Shown in pieces: positions 18,342 through 27,343 of a stretch of DNA of 64,000 bases. The notes below the pieces were generated by a model that worked only from the letters and a program-made list of their open reading frames with translations, searched no databases and had not been told where the DNA came from. Position numbers and translations under genes: made by a program. This DNA is from Porphyrobacter sp. (GTDB lineage Bacteria; Pseudomonadota; Alphaproteobacteria; Sphingomonadales; Sphingomonadaceae). How positions within the stretch are numbered: position 1 is the first letter of the stretch; the number at the start of each line of letters is the position of its first letter. The stretch covers positions 30,175 to 94,174 of the forward strand of contig JAPZUC010000005.1 of the NCBI GenBank assembly GCA_027533455.1, given 5' to 3'.

Positions 18342-20324
18342 ATGGTCGAACTTACGCCATGTGAGGGGGGTGTGATGCTGCGGCTGGCGGGCCGCACGAT
18401 CCTTCGCCATATGGATAAATATCCCGCTATTTCTCTAGCTTACGGCGATCCGTGCGTGACAATGGTGCGCGGCAATTTCCGGCTCGCCGATCACGCTGTG
18501 GCCGCAGCGCCACTATCCCGGACAGAAGTGGACGGGGTCGGCCGCGTGGTGCTCGCCAGCGCCGATTCCGCTGCCCGGGTGGCGGTGTCGCTTGAAGGTG
18601 CGCGCCTGACGATCGCCGCTCTGTCGGGGCATGACCGCCTGACACTCGATTTCTCGCTTGAAGATGGCGATGTGCTGTGGGGCGGGGGCGAGCAGATGAG
18701 TTACCTTGCGCTCAATGGCCGCACCTTCCCGATCTGGACGAGCGAGCCCGGGGTCGGGCGCGAACCCGGCACACCGCTGACCGATCAGGCCAGCGCCGAT
18801 GGCAGCTTTGCGGGCGGGGATTACTGGACCACCAACTATCCTGAACCCACCGTGCTATGTACGGCGGGCTGGGGACTCAGCCTCGCCAATGCCGAATATG
18901 TGGAATTGGACGCGCGCGAGCCGGGCAGTTTGCGGATCCACGTCTGGTCGGGCGAAGTCGCCGTCGACCTGTTTGAAGGCGCGCCTGCCGACCTCACCCG
19001 CCAGCTCGGCGCACGCTTCGGCGAGCGGCAGAGCTTGCCCGATTGGGCGATTGGCGGGGCCATTGTGGGCCTCAAGCAGGGCGAGGCCTCTTTCGACCGG
19101 CTCGAAACGCTGGTCGATGCGGGCGCTGCCATCTCCGGCCTGTGGTGCGAAGACTGGGTCGGCATCCGCGAGACCAGTTTTGGCCGCCGCCTGTTCTGGG
19201 ACTGGCAGTGGAACGCGGATCGCTACCCCGAATTGCCCGCGCGGATCGCAGCGTTGAAAGCGTGCGGCATCCGCTTCCTCGGCTATGTGAACCCCTATCT
19301 CGCGGTCGATGGCCCGCTCTATCCCGAGGCGGCGGGGCGTGGCCTTCTGGCGCAATGCCTCGACAGCGATGAACCCTATGCGGTCGATTTCGGCGAGTTC
19401 CATGCGGGCGTGGTCGATTTCACCAACCCCGCCGCCGCCGAGTGGTTCGCTGAGGAGGTCATCGGCAAGCGGATGCTCGATTTCGGGCTCGATGGCTGGA
19501 TGGCCGATTTCGGCGAATATCTGCCCACCGACCTGCGCCTCCACGCGGGCGATCCGATGCAGGAGCACAACCGCTGGCCGGTGCGCTGGGCCGAGGTCAA
19601 CGCGCGCGCGGTCGCCTCGCGTGGCAAGACTGGCGAAGTTCTGTGGTTCATGCGCGCAGGCCACACCGGCGTGCAGGCCCACTGCCCCCTGCTGTGGGCG
19701 GGCGACCAGTCGGTCGATTTCAGCCGTCATGACGGTATCGGCACGGTCATCACCGCGGCGCTGTCATCCGGCCTTGTCGGCAATGCCTTCAGCCATTCGG
19801 ACGTCGGCGGCTACACCAGCCTGCTCGGCAATGTCCGCACCGAGGAGCTGATCCTCAGGTGGTACGAACTCGGCGCGTTCAGTCCGGTGTTCCGTACCCA
19901 TGAAGGCAACCGCCCGGACGACAACCTCCAGATCGACAGCACGCCGTCGCTGATCGAAGGATTCGTGCGCTGGAGCCGGGTGCACGCCGCGCTCGCGCCC
20001 TATGTCCGCCACCTGATTGCCGAGGCGCGAGACGCGGGCCTTCCCGCCCAGCGTGCGCTGTTCCTCCGCTATCCCGATGACGCGGTGACCTTCACCATTC
20101 AGGACCAGTACCTCTATGGTGGCGACGTCATGGTGGCACCAGTGATCGAAGCGGGGGCGGAAATGCGCAAAGTCTATCTGCCGAAGGGTGAATGGCGGCA
20201 CCTTTGGAGCGGGGCAGACTATACGCCCGGCTGGCATGACATTGCCGCGCCCGTCGGCGAGCCGCCCGTCTTCTACCGCCCCGGCAGCGCCTTTGCCGAT
20301 CTGTTCGCCGGAGTAGCCGCATGA
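18342..20324 (+). CDS. yihQ: Sulfoquinovosidase, GH31 (YihQ/SmoI-like)
   Basis: WCEDWVGIRETSFGRRLFWDW, nucleophile WMADFGE, acid/base WAGDQ and DVGGY; K-E-R-W-Y sulfonate-binding set present; start moved to ATG 18342. Confidence 0.85.
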   Translation: MVELTPCEGGVMLRLAGRTILRHMDKYPAISLAYGDPCVTMVRGNFRLADHAVAAAPLSRTEVDGVGRVVLASADSAARVAVSLEGARLTIAALSGHDRLTLDFSLEDGDVLWGGGEQMSYLALNGRTFPIWTSEPGVGREPGTPLTDQASADGSFAGGDYWTTNYPEPTVLCTAGWGLSLANAEYVELDAREPGSLRIHVWSGEVAVDLFEGAPADLTRQLGARFGERQSLPDWAIGGAIVGLKQGEASFDRLETLVDAGAAISGLWCEDWVGIRETSFGRRLFWDWQWNADRYPELPARIAALKACGIRFLGYVNPYLAVDGPLYPEAAGRGLLAQCLDSDEPYAVDFGEFHAGVVDFTNPAAAEWFAEEVIGKRMLDFGLDGWMADFGEYLPTDLRLHAGDPMQEHNRWPVRWAEVNARAVASRGKTGEVLWFMRAGHTGVQAHCPLLWAGDQSVDFSRHDGIGTVITAALSSGLVGNAFSHSDVGGYTSLLGNVRTEELILRWYELGAFSPVFRTHEGNRPDDNLQIDSTPSLIEGFVRWSRVHAALAPYVRHLIAEARDAGLPAQRALFLRYPDDAVTFTIQDQYLYGGDVMVAPVIEAGAEMRKVYLPKGEWRHLWSGADYTPGWHDIAAPVGEPPVFYRPGSAFADLFAGVAA

Positions 20325-21325
20325 GCCGTGCCAATATCCGCGATGTGGCGGCCCGCGCGGGCGTGGCGGTGAAGACCGTCAGCCGGGTGATGAACGGCCA
20401 CCCCTATGTCAGCGCGGCGCTGCGCGAAAAGGTCGAGGCGGCGATGGCCGAGCTCGACTACCGCCCCAGCGTGGCGGCGCGCATCCTGTCGGGCGCGAAG
20501 TCGAACCAGATCGCGCTGATCTACGACAATCACAGCCCCTACTACATGTTCCAGATCCAGAAGGGCTGCTGGGAGGTGTGCCACGAAAACGGCATCCGCC
20601 TGCTCGCACAGCCGGTCGACGTCGCCGATCCGCGCGTGGGCGATCAGGTGCGCGGCCTTGTCAGCGAAACGCATGTGGATGGCATCATCCTGTCGTCCCC
20701 CGTCACCGATTGCGATCCGGTGCTGCGGGCGCTGGAGACGATGGACGTGCCCTTCATCCGCATCTCGCCCGGCACCAACCACGCGCTGACTTCCAGCGTA
20801 TTCATGGACGACGCGCAGGCCGCCGATGACATGACCACCCACCTGATCAACGCGGGCCACCGCCGCATCGGCTTCATTAAGGGCCACACCAACCACATGG
20901 CCTCCGACGACCGCCTGTTCGGATACCGCCGCGCATTGGACCGCGTCGGCATCCCGTTCGAGCCGCAGATGGTGGTCGATGGCGAGTTCGACTTCGACAG
21001 CGGCGTGCGCGGCGCCAATGTGCTGCTCGATCAGCCCGACCGCCCGACTGCGATCTTCGCCTCCAACGACGATATGGCGGCAGGCGTGCTTGCGGTGGCG
21101 CATGATCGGGGCATCAAGGTGCCCGACGAGCTGTCGGTCGCGGGTTTCGACGACACGACGCTGGCGCGCACCGTCTGGCCGCCACTGACCACCATCCGCC
21201 AGCCGATGGCGGAACTCGCCCGCACGGCCGCCCAGATTTTGATCGCAGGCGGGGACATCACCCACAAGCGCCTGCCCCATGACCTTGTAGAGCGCGCCTC
21301 GGTCGCTCCCCCAAAGAGGAACTGA
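20321..21325 (+). CDS. LacI-family regulator of the sulfoquinovose locus
   Basis: IRDVAARAGVAVKTVSRVMN HTH; VAGFDD and PPLTTIRQP. Confidence 0.9.
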   Translation: MSRANIRDVAARAGVAVKTVSRVMNGHPYVSAALREKVEAAMAELDYRPSVAARILSGAKSNQIALIYDNHSPYYMFQIQKGCWEVCHENGIRLLAQPVDVADPRVGDQVRGLVSETHVDGIILSSPVTDCDPVLRALETMDVPFIRISPGTNHALTSSVFMDDAQAADDMTTHLINAGHRRIGFIKGHTNHMASDDRLFGYRRALDRVGIPFEPQMVVDGEFDFDSGVRGANVLLDQPDRPTAIFASNDDMAAGVLAVAHDRGIKVPDELSVAGFDDTTLARTVWPPLTTIRQPMAELARTAAQILIAGGDITHKRLPHDLVERASVAPPKRN

Positions 21326-21326
21326 T

Positions 21327-22241
21327 ATGAGTGAACTGCCCCTTCCGCCGACCACCCGGACGCTTGGTGCCAGCGGCATTGCCGTCTCGCCCATCGCCTG
21401 GGGGATGTGGCGCCTGGCCGAGAACGGCCGCACGGCTGCGGACGCCGCCAAGCTGGTCCACGCGGCTCTGGATGCAGGGATCACCTTCCTCGATACCGCC
21501 GATATCTACGGCTTCGATGGCAGCGGCGGCTTCGGCGATGCCGAGGCGCTGCTGGGCGAGGTGATCGCCGCCGAGCCTGCCTTGCGTGACCGGATGGTGC
21601 TGGCGACCAAGGGCGGCATCCTCCCGCCGCTCCCTTACGACCAGAGCGCGGATTACTTGGGGGCGGCGGTCGATGCATCGCTGCGCCGCCTGCAAGTGGA
21701 CAGCGTCGACCTGTGGCAGATCCACCGGCCCGATATTCTCGCCCACCCGCAGGAGACCGCCCGCGTGCTCGATGATGCGGTGGCCTCGGGGAAAATCCGT
21801 AGCCTCGGCGTGTCGAACTTCACGATGGCGCAGACGGCGGCGCTCCAACACTTCCTCGGCAACAAGCTGGCGACGACCCAGCCCGAGATCAGCCCGCTGC
21901 GGATCGACTGCTTCGAGAACGGGGAGCTGGATCAGGCGATGATGCTGGGCCTCACCCCGATGGCATGGTCGCCGCTGGGTGGCGGACGTCTCGCCGCGCC
22001 GGAGACTGCGCGCGACAAGGCGGTCGCCGCCGCGCTGGACGCCGTGGCGCAGGCGCAGGGCGTCTCGCGCACGGTCGCGGCCTATAGCTGGCTGATGGCG
22101 CACCCTGCCGGGATCGTGCCGATCATCGGCTCGCAGACACCTGCGCGCATTGCCGAGGGCGCACAGGCGCTCAACGTGCGCTGGACGCGGACGGATTGGT
22201 ACGCGGTGCTCGTCGCCGCGCGTGGAGAGAGGCTGCCCTGA
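21327..22241 (+). CDS. Aldo/keto reductase, probable 6-oxo-glucose reductase (SmoB/SquF-like)
   Basis: WGMWRL, DTADIYG, LATKGGI, IHRPD, LGVSNF and AWSPLGGG; lies between the SQase and the monooxygenase. Confidence 0.75.
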   Translation: MSELPLPPTTRTLGASGIAVSPIAWGMWRLAENGRTAADAAKLVHAALDAGITFLDTADIYGFDGSGGFGDAEALLGEVIAAEPALRDRMVLATKGGILPPLPYDQSADYLGAAVDASLRRLQVDSVDLWQIHRPDILAHPQETARVLDDAVASGKIRSLGVSNFTMAQTAALQHFLGNKLATTQPEISPLRIDCFENGELDQAMMLGLTPMAWSPLGGGRLAAPETARDKAVAAALDAVAQAQGVSRTVAAYSWLMAHPAGIVPIIGSQTPARIAEGAQALNVRWTRTDWYAVLVAARGERLP

Positions 22242-23326
22242 TGACACAACAATGCGAAATCGCGTGGTTCTCCGCGCTGTGCGACGACGATTACGAATTT
22301 CTCGGCGTCCCCGATCCCTATCTCGCCTCGAGCTGGGAGCATTGCCGCAATCTCGTGATGCGCGCCGAGGAAGGCGGGTTCGACAACATCCTGCTGCCCT
22401 CGGGCTACCAGCTGGGCGTGGACACCACGATCTTCGCCGCCGCCGTCGCCACCCAAGTCAAGCGCATCAAACTGCTCTGGGCGACCCGCATGGGCGAAGA
22501 CTGGCCGCCGCAGCTCGCGCGCCGCATCGCCACGCTGGACCGCATCCTCGGGCCGAATGCGAGCGGCACCGGTGGGCGGCTGAACGTCAATATCATCTCC
22601 TCGGACATGCCGGGCGAGAAGATCGAGAGCGCCCCGCGTTACCGCCGCGGCACCGAGATCATGAAGATCGTCAAGACGCTGCTGAACGGCGAGCATCTCG
22701 ATTTCGATGGCGAGTTCTACAAGCTAAAGCTCGATCCGCCGCGCATCACCACGCTCAGCGGCAAGTGCCCGCCGTTCTATTTTGGCGGCCTCAGCCACGA
22801 GGCGCGCGAATGCGCGGCCGAGGCGGCGGATGTCTACCTGATGTGGCCCGACACGATGGACAAGGTCCGCGAGAATATCGCCGACCTCAAGGTCCGCGCC
22901 GCCAACTATGGCCGGACTTTGAAGTTCGGCTACCGCGCCCACGTGATCGTGCGCGAGACCGAGGACGAGGCGCGCCACTATGCCGACCGGCTGCTGTCCA
23001 AACTGGACGATGAAACCGGCCGCGCGATCCGCGAGAAGAGCCTCGATGCCAAGAACTACGGCGTCCAGCGCCAGCAGGAACTGCGCGGGGCCGCCGATGG
23101 CGACGGCTTCGTCGAGGAGAACCTGTGGACCGGCATCGGCCGCGCGCGCTCGGGCTGCGGGGCGGCGATTGTCGGCACGCCCGATCAGGTGCTCGCCAAG
23201 CTGCGCGCCTATCAGGCCGAGGGGATCGAGGCGTTCATCCTGTCAGGCTATCCGCACATGCAGGAAGCCGACCTGTTCGCCCGCCACGTGCTGCCGCACA
23301 TCCAGCATGGGCCGCTGGAGATGTAG
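22241..23326 (+). CDS. LLM-class flavin-dependent monooxygenase, probable sulfoquinovose monooxygenase (SmoC/SquD-like)
   Basis: AWFSALCDDDYEFLG, GRLNVNIISSD, FYFGGLS, LWTGIGRARSGCGAAIVG and FILSGYPH; start overlaps the AKR stop. Confidence 0.75.
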   Translation: MTQQCEIAWFSALCDDDYEFLGVPDPYLASSWEHCRNLVMRAEEGGFDNILLPSGYQLGVDTTIFAAAVATQVKRIKLLWATRMGEDWPPQLARRIATLDRILGPNASGTGGRLNVNIISSDMPGEKIESAPRYRRGTEIMKIVKTLLNGEHLDFDGEFYKLKLDPPRITTLSGKCPPFYFGGLSHEARECAAEAADVYLMWPDTMDKVRENIADLKVRAANYGRTLKFGYRAHVIVRETEDEARHYADRLLSKLDDETGRAIREKSLDAKNYGVQRQQELRGAADGDGFVEENLWTGIGRARSGCGAAIVGTPDQVLAKLRAYQAEGIEAFILSGYPHMQEADLFARHVLPHIQHGPLEM

Positions 23327-23337
23327 TTTGCGTTCAA

Positions 23338-23419
23338 CGTCACCCCAGCGAAAGCTGGGGCCTAGGGCGGCAAGCGCTGCGCTCGGTAGCTCCAGGTCCC
23401 AGCTTGCGCTGGGATGACG
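23338..23419. repeat. REP-like palindromic element
   Basis: CGTCACCCCAGC-GAAA-GCTGGGG ... CCCAGC-TT-GCGCTGGGATGACG; two hairpins in inverted arrangement after a stop codon. Confidence 0.75.
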
Positions 23420-23479
23420 AATTGGGATGAGAGGAAAACTCCTACAGCCCGCACGACAAAAAATGTTGGTCGGTCTGGC

Positions 23480-23548
23480 GACCCCCTCGCGCGACTCAAA
23501 CCGGCCTTTGACCCCCTCCAGCCCCCCCCTTTGACCCCGCCAGACCCC
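23480..23548 (+). repeat. Phased GACCCC/C-tract motifs upstream of parS-like site
   Basis: GACCCC at 23480, 23510, 23533 and 23543, and GCCCCC at 23521. Confidence 0.55.
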
Positions 23549-23569
23549 TTTCAGGGGTGCCCTAAAACG

Positions 23570-23585
23570 TGTTTCTCGTGAAACA
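23570..23585. other. parS-like palindrome TGTTTCTCGTGAAACA
   Basis: 15/16 match to TGTTTCACGTGAAACA, intergenic. Confidence 0.65.
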
Positions 23586-23701
23586 TTCCCCTACTGCATG
23601 GCCGCCTTGCGGAACGCCTCGCTAAATCCCTCTTTTCCGCGTCCGCAGGGCATGACAAAGCGTATGGCAAAGAGCGAAACCATAGGCGGAGAGACCAAGC
23701 C

Positions 23702-24898
23702 ATGAACCTCGAATTCACCCCCGAAGAGCAGGCCTTCCGCGAGGAAGTCCGCAGCTTCATCGCCGAAAACTATCCCAAGCACCTCGCCGACTTCGGGATG
23801 CGCGAAGACATGAGCCGCGAGGACTTCCTCGCCTGGCACAAGATCCTCGGCAAAAAGGGCTGGTCCGTCCCCGCATGGCCGGTCGAATATGGCGGCACCG
23901 GCTGGACGCCGACGCAGCGCTACATCTGGTCGGAAGAAAACGCCCGCGCCAGCACCGTCATGCCGCTGCCCTTCGGCGTTTCGATGGTCGGCCCGGTGAT
24001 CTACACCTTCGGCAATGCCGAGCAGAAAGCGAAGCACCTTCCCGGCATCGTCTCGGGCGATGTGTGGTGGTGTCAGGGTTACTCGGAGCCGGGCGCCGGT
24101 TCCGACCTCGCCAGCCTCAAGACCACCGCCGTGCGTGACGGCGATCACTATGTGATCAACGGCCAGAAGACCTGGACGACGCTGGCCCAGCACGCGGACT
24201 GGGGCTTCTTCCTGTGCCGCACCGATCCGACTGCCAAGGCGCAGGAAGGCATCAGCTTCATCCTCGTCGACATGAAGACGCCGGGCGTGGAAGTGAAGCC
24301 GATCAAGCTGCTGGACGGCGGCTACGAGGTCAACGAGACCTGGCTGACCGACGTGCGCGTGCCGGTCGAAAACCTCGTCGGGGTCGAGAACAAGGGCTGG
24401 ACCTATGCCAAGTTCCTGCTCGCCCACGAACGCTCCGGCATTGCCGGCGTGGCGCGCTCGAAGCGCGGGATCGAGAAGCTGCGCGAGATCGCCGCGAACG
24501 AGACCCTTGATGGCGCTCCGCTGATCAAGGACTTCGATTTCGCCAAGAAGGTGAGCCAGCTCGAGATCGATCTGGCCGCGCTGGAAATCACTGAACTGCG
24601 CACCCTTGCTGGCGAGCAGGCGGGCAAGGGACCGGGGCCGGAAAGCTCGATCCTCAAGATCAAGGGCACCGAAATCCAGCAGCGCCTGACCGAGCTGACG
24701 CTGGAAGCGGTCGGCACCTATTCCGCGCCGTACATGGGCGGGGTCTCGAACGACAACGGCTCCAACGAGCATCCGGTCGGCCCCGATTATGCCCAACACG
24801 CCGCGGCGACCTATTTCAACATGCGCAAGACCTCGATCTACGGCGGATCGAACGAGATCCAGCGCAACATCATCACCAAGATGATCCTCGGCCTCTAA
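23702..24898 (+). CDS. Acyl-CoA dehydrogenase, catalytic subunit (PimC-like)
   Basis: WCQGYSEPGAGSDLASL, NGQKTWTT and IYGGSNEIQRNII with catalytic Glu. Confidence 0.9.
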   Translation: MNLEFTPEEQAFREEVRSFIAENYPKHLADFGMREDMSREDFLAWHKILGKKGWSVPAWPVEYGGTGWTPTQRYIWSEENARASTVMPLPFGVSMVGPVIYTFGNAEQKAKHLPGIVSGDVWWCQGYSEPGAGSDLASLKTTAVRDGDHYVINGQKTWTTLAQHADWGFFLCRTDPTAKAQEGISFILVDMKTPGVEVKPIKLLDGGYEVNETWLTDVRVPVENLVGVENKGWTYAKFLLAHERSGIAGVARSKRGIEKLREIAANETLDGAPLIKDFDFAKKVSQLEIDLAALEITELRTLAGEQAGKGPGPESSILKIKGTEIQQRLTELTLEAVGTYSAPYMGGVSNDNGSNEHPVGPDYAQHAAATYFNMRKTSIYGGSNEIQRNIITKMILGL

Positions 24899-24922
24899 GC
24901 GGCTGAAGACGGGAGAGAATTC

Positions 24923-26053
24923 GTGGATTTCAACTTCACCGAAGAACAGGACATGGTGCGCGACGGCCTCTCGCGGCTGGTGCGTGAACAATATGACTGG
25001 GAAACCCGCCGCAAGGCGATCGCCAGCGGTGCAGGCTGGCGGCCCGAAGTCTGGGCGCAGCTAGCTGAACTGGGCATCCTCGGCATGCCCTTCTCCGAGG
25101 CCGACGGCGGCTTTGGCGGCGGCGCGGTCGATGCGATGATCATCATGCAGGAATTCGGCAAGGGCTTGGTAATCGAGCCTTTTGTGCCCACCGTGGTGTG
25201 TGCGGGCGGCTTCCTCAAGCACGGCGGAACGGCGGCCCAGAAGGAAGAGCATATCGGCGGGATCGTGGCCGGGAGCTCGGTCTTTGCCTTCGCCTATGCC
25301 GAGCCCAAGGGCCGCTATGACTATGCCGATCTCGAAACCACCGCGAAGAAGGACGGCGCAGGCTATGTGCTGAACGGGCACAAGGCGGTCGTGATCGGTG
25401 CGCCGTGGGCGAGCCACCTTGTCGTCACGGCACGCACCGGCGGCGAGCGGCGCGATCGCTCGGGCGTTTCGGTGTTCGTCCTGCCCAAGGACACTCCGGG
25501 CGTCACCACCCGCGACTATGTGACCGTCGATGGCCGCCGCGCTTCGGAAGTCTATTTGGAGAACGTGTCCGTTGGTGCCGGTGCACTGATCGGGGCCGAG
25601 GGTGAAGGCCTTGCGCTGATCGAACTGGTCACCGACGAAGCCATCGCCGCGCTCTGCGCGGAAGCCTGCGGGGCGATGAAGGTCGCCCATGCGATGACGG
25701 TCGAATACAGCCGCCAGCGCAAGCAGTTCGGTGTGCCGATCGGTAGCTTCCAGGTGCTCCAGCACCGCATGGTCGACATGTACACCGCCTACGAGCAGGC
25801 GCTGTCGCTGACCTATCTGGCCACCCTGCGCCTCGGCTCTGACGAAGTGGAGCGCAAGAAGGCGGTTTCGGCCGCGAAGGTCGGCGTTGGTCAGGCCGCG
25901 CGGCTCATCGGGCAGGAAGCGGTACAGATCCACGGCGGCAACGGCGTGACCGACGAATATGCCATCGGCCACTTCTTCAAGCGCCTGACGATCTTCGACA
26001 GTGAGTTCGGGAACGTCGACCACCACCTGAAGCGCCACGTCGCGCTGTCCTGA
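24923..26053 (+). CDS. Acyl-CoA dehydrogenase, partner subunit (PimD-like)
   Basis: RKQFGVPIGSFQVLQHR and QIHGGNGVTDE; no C-terminal catalytic Glu motif. Confidence 0.85.
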   Translation: MDFNFTEEQDMVRDGLSRLVREQYDWETRRKAIASGAGWRPEVWAQLAELGILGMPFSEADGGFGGGAVDAMIIMQEFGKGLVIEPFVPTVVCAGGFLKHGGTAAQKEEHIGGIVAGSSVFAFAYAEPKGRYDYADLETTAKKDGAGYVLNGHKAVVIGAPWASHLVVTARTGGERRDRSGVSVFVLPKDTPGVTTRDYVTVDGRRASEVYLENVSVGAGALIGAEGEGLALIELVTDEAIAALCAEACGAMKVAHAMTVEYSRQRKQFGVPIGSFQVLQHRMVDMYTAYEQALSLTYLATLRLGSDEVERKKAVSAAKVGVGQAARLIGQEAVQIHGGNGVTDEYAIGHFFKRLTIFDSEFGNVDHHLKRHVALS

Positions 26054-26076
26054 GCTTCGGCCCGGAAATGATATCG

Positions 26077-26111
26077 GCCCCGCTCTCGGATAACCGGGGG
26101 CGGGGCTTTTT
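26077..26111 (+). terminator. Rho-independent terminator
   Basis: GCCCCGCTCTCGG-ATAA-CCGGGGGCGGGGC followed by TTTTT. Confidence 0.85.
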
Positions 26112-26121
26112 CGTGAGTAAT

Positions 26122-26147
26122 GTAACCGTGCTGCGCTGCATCGCGAA
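26122..26147 (+). promoter_or_regulatory. SigF (ECF16)-type promoter GTAACC-N16-CGAA
   Basis: Exact match to the Caulobacter sigma-F consensus, ending 9 bp before the sigma ATG. Confidence 0.75.
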
Positions 26148-26156
26148 CAGCACGCC

Positions 26157-26681
26157 ATGAGAGCCGACGAAGCCACGCTTGCCCGGTTGATGGCGCTGCC
26201 GCAGCAGGGCAACAAGGAGGCTTACGCCGCACTGCTCGAAGCGTGTCAGCGGTGGCTTCGCGGATACTACAGCCGCCGCATCGCGCCCTCCAGCCTCTAT
26301 GACCTCGTGCAGGAGACGCTGATCGCCCTACACACCAAGCGCGCCTCGTGGGATCCGTCCCGCCCTTTCCTACCCTGGCTGGCGGCGATCGCGCGCTACC
26401 GCTGGGTCGATCACCTGCGCCGCCTCTATCGCGCGGACGAGCGCGAATTGCATGAGGACCTGATCGGCACGGACGATGAACCAGCGGTCGCTGCGCGCAT
26501 CAGCCTCGACCGACTGCTGGGCCTGCTGCCGCCCGCGCAGGAGCGTGCCATCGCGCTCGTCAAGATTGAGGGGCTAAGCATCGCCGAAGCCTCTGCCGCG
26601 ACGGGACAGAGCGAAAGCCTCGTCAAAGTGAACATCCACCGCGGCCTGAAAAGGCTCGCCACCCTGATCGAGAAAGAATGA
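26157..26681 (+). CDS. sigF: ECF sigma factor, SigF-like
   Basis: DLVQETLIALH, PWLAAIARYRWVDHLRR and sigma4 KVNIHRGLKRL; followed by NrsF. Confidence 0.8.
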   Translation: MRADEATLARLMALPQQGNKEAYAALLEACQRWLRGYYSRRIAPSSLYDLVQETLIALHTKRASWDPSRPFLPWLAAIARYRWVDHLRRLYRADERELHEDLIGTDDEPAVAARISLDRLLGLLPPAQERAIALVKIEGLSIAEASAATGQSESLVKVNIHRGLKRLATLIEKE

Positions 26682-27328
26682 CAATGCCACGTGATTCCAG
26701 TGCTTTGATTGCCGAACTGGTGGATGGTCTCGCACCGGTCAAACCGCTGCGGTTCGGCGAGGGCGTGGCACTGGCGCTCGCCGGGGCGGGGGTGACGGCG
26801 GTGCTGGTCATCGCGCTGTTCGGCTTGCGCGAGGAGTGGCTGGAAGGACACCTCGATCCGATGCAGCTGGTCTCTACCGGACTGTTCCTCGGCCTTGCAC
26901 TGTCGGCGACGGTGACGGTGGTGATGATGGGTCGCCCGCAAGTGGGCAATGACCATGGCGGTTGGCGCTGGGCCGCGGCGATGGCGGGGCTGCTGCCGGT
27001 TGCGGGTGCGATTGTCGCGATGGGGCGCGGAACAACGACCATGTCGCCCGAGCTGATGAGTCATGGCGCGCAATGCATGGCGGGCGGAAGCATCGCCTCG
27101 CTGCTGGTGTTCACGATGCTGGTGCTATGGCTGCGACGGGGCGCGCCGACCTCGCCCGATCGCGCGGGACTGGTGGCCGGAGTGGCGGCGGGTGCCTTCG
27201 GTATATTCGCCGCCTCGCTCCACTGCGGGGACAATGATATCGTCCACATCGGGCTGTGGCACAGCGCGGCGGTGGTGTTGATGGGGCTGGCGGGGCGCGT
27301 GCTCGTTCCGCGCCTGATCCGCTGGTGA
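26678..27328 (+). CDS. nrsF: NrsF/DUF1109 anti-sigma factor
   Basis: Six TM segments, LRRGAPT, LHC and GLWH with conserved Cys pair; 4-bp overlap with sigF. Confidence 0.85.
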   Translation: MTMPRDSSALIAELVDGLAPVKPLRFGEGVALALAGAGVTAVLVIALFGLREEWLEGHLDPMQLVSTGLFLGLALSATVTVVMMGRPQVGNDHGGWRWAAAMAGLLPVAGAIVAMGRGTTTMSPELMSHGAQCMAGGSIASLLVFTMLVLWLRRGAPTSPDRAGLVAGVAAGAFGIFAASLHCGDNDIVHIGLWHSAAVVLMGLAGRVLVPRLIRW

Positions 27329-27343
27329 TCTGCCGGCGGCGCG

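Noticed and set aside
23591-24991. 466-aa minus-strand ORF
   Set aside because: Mirror of the acyl-CoA dehydrogenase gene
26190-26215. Pro in SigF LMALPQQG where Ala is usual
   Set aside because: Single substitution in an otherwise intact ORF; cannot be judged without alignment or reads
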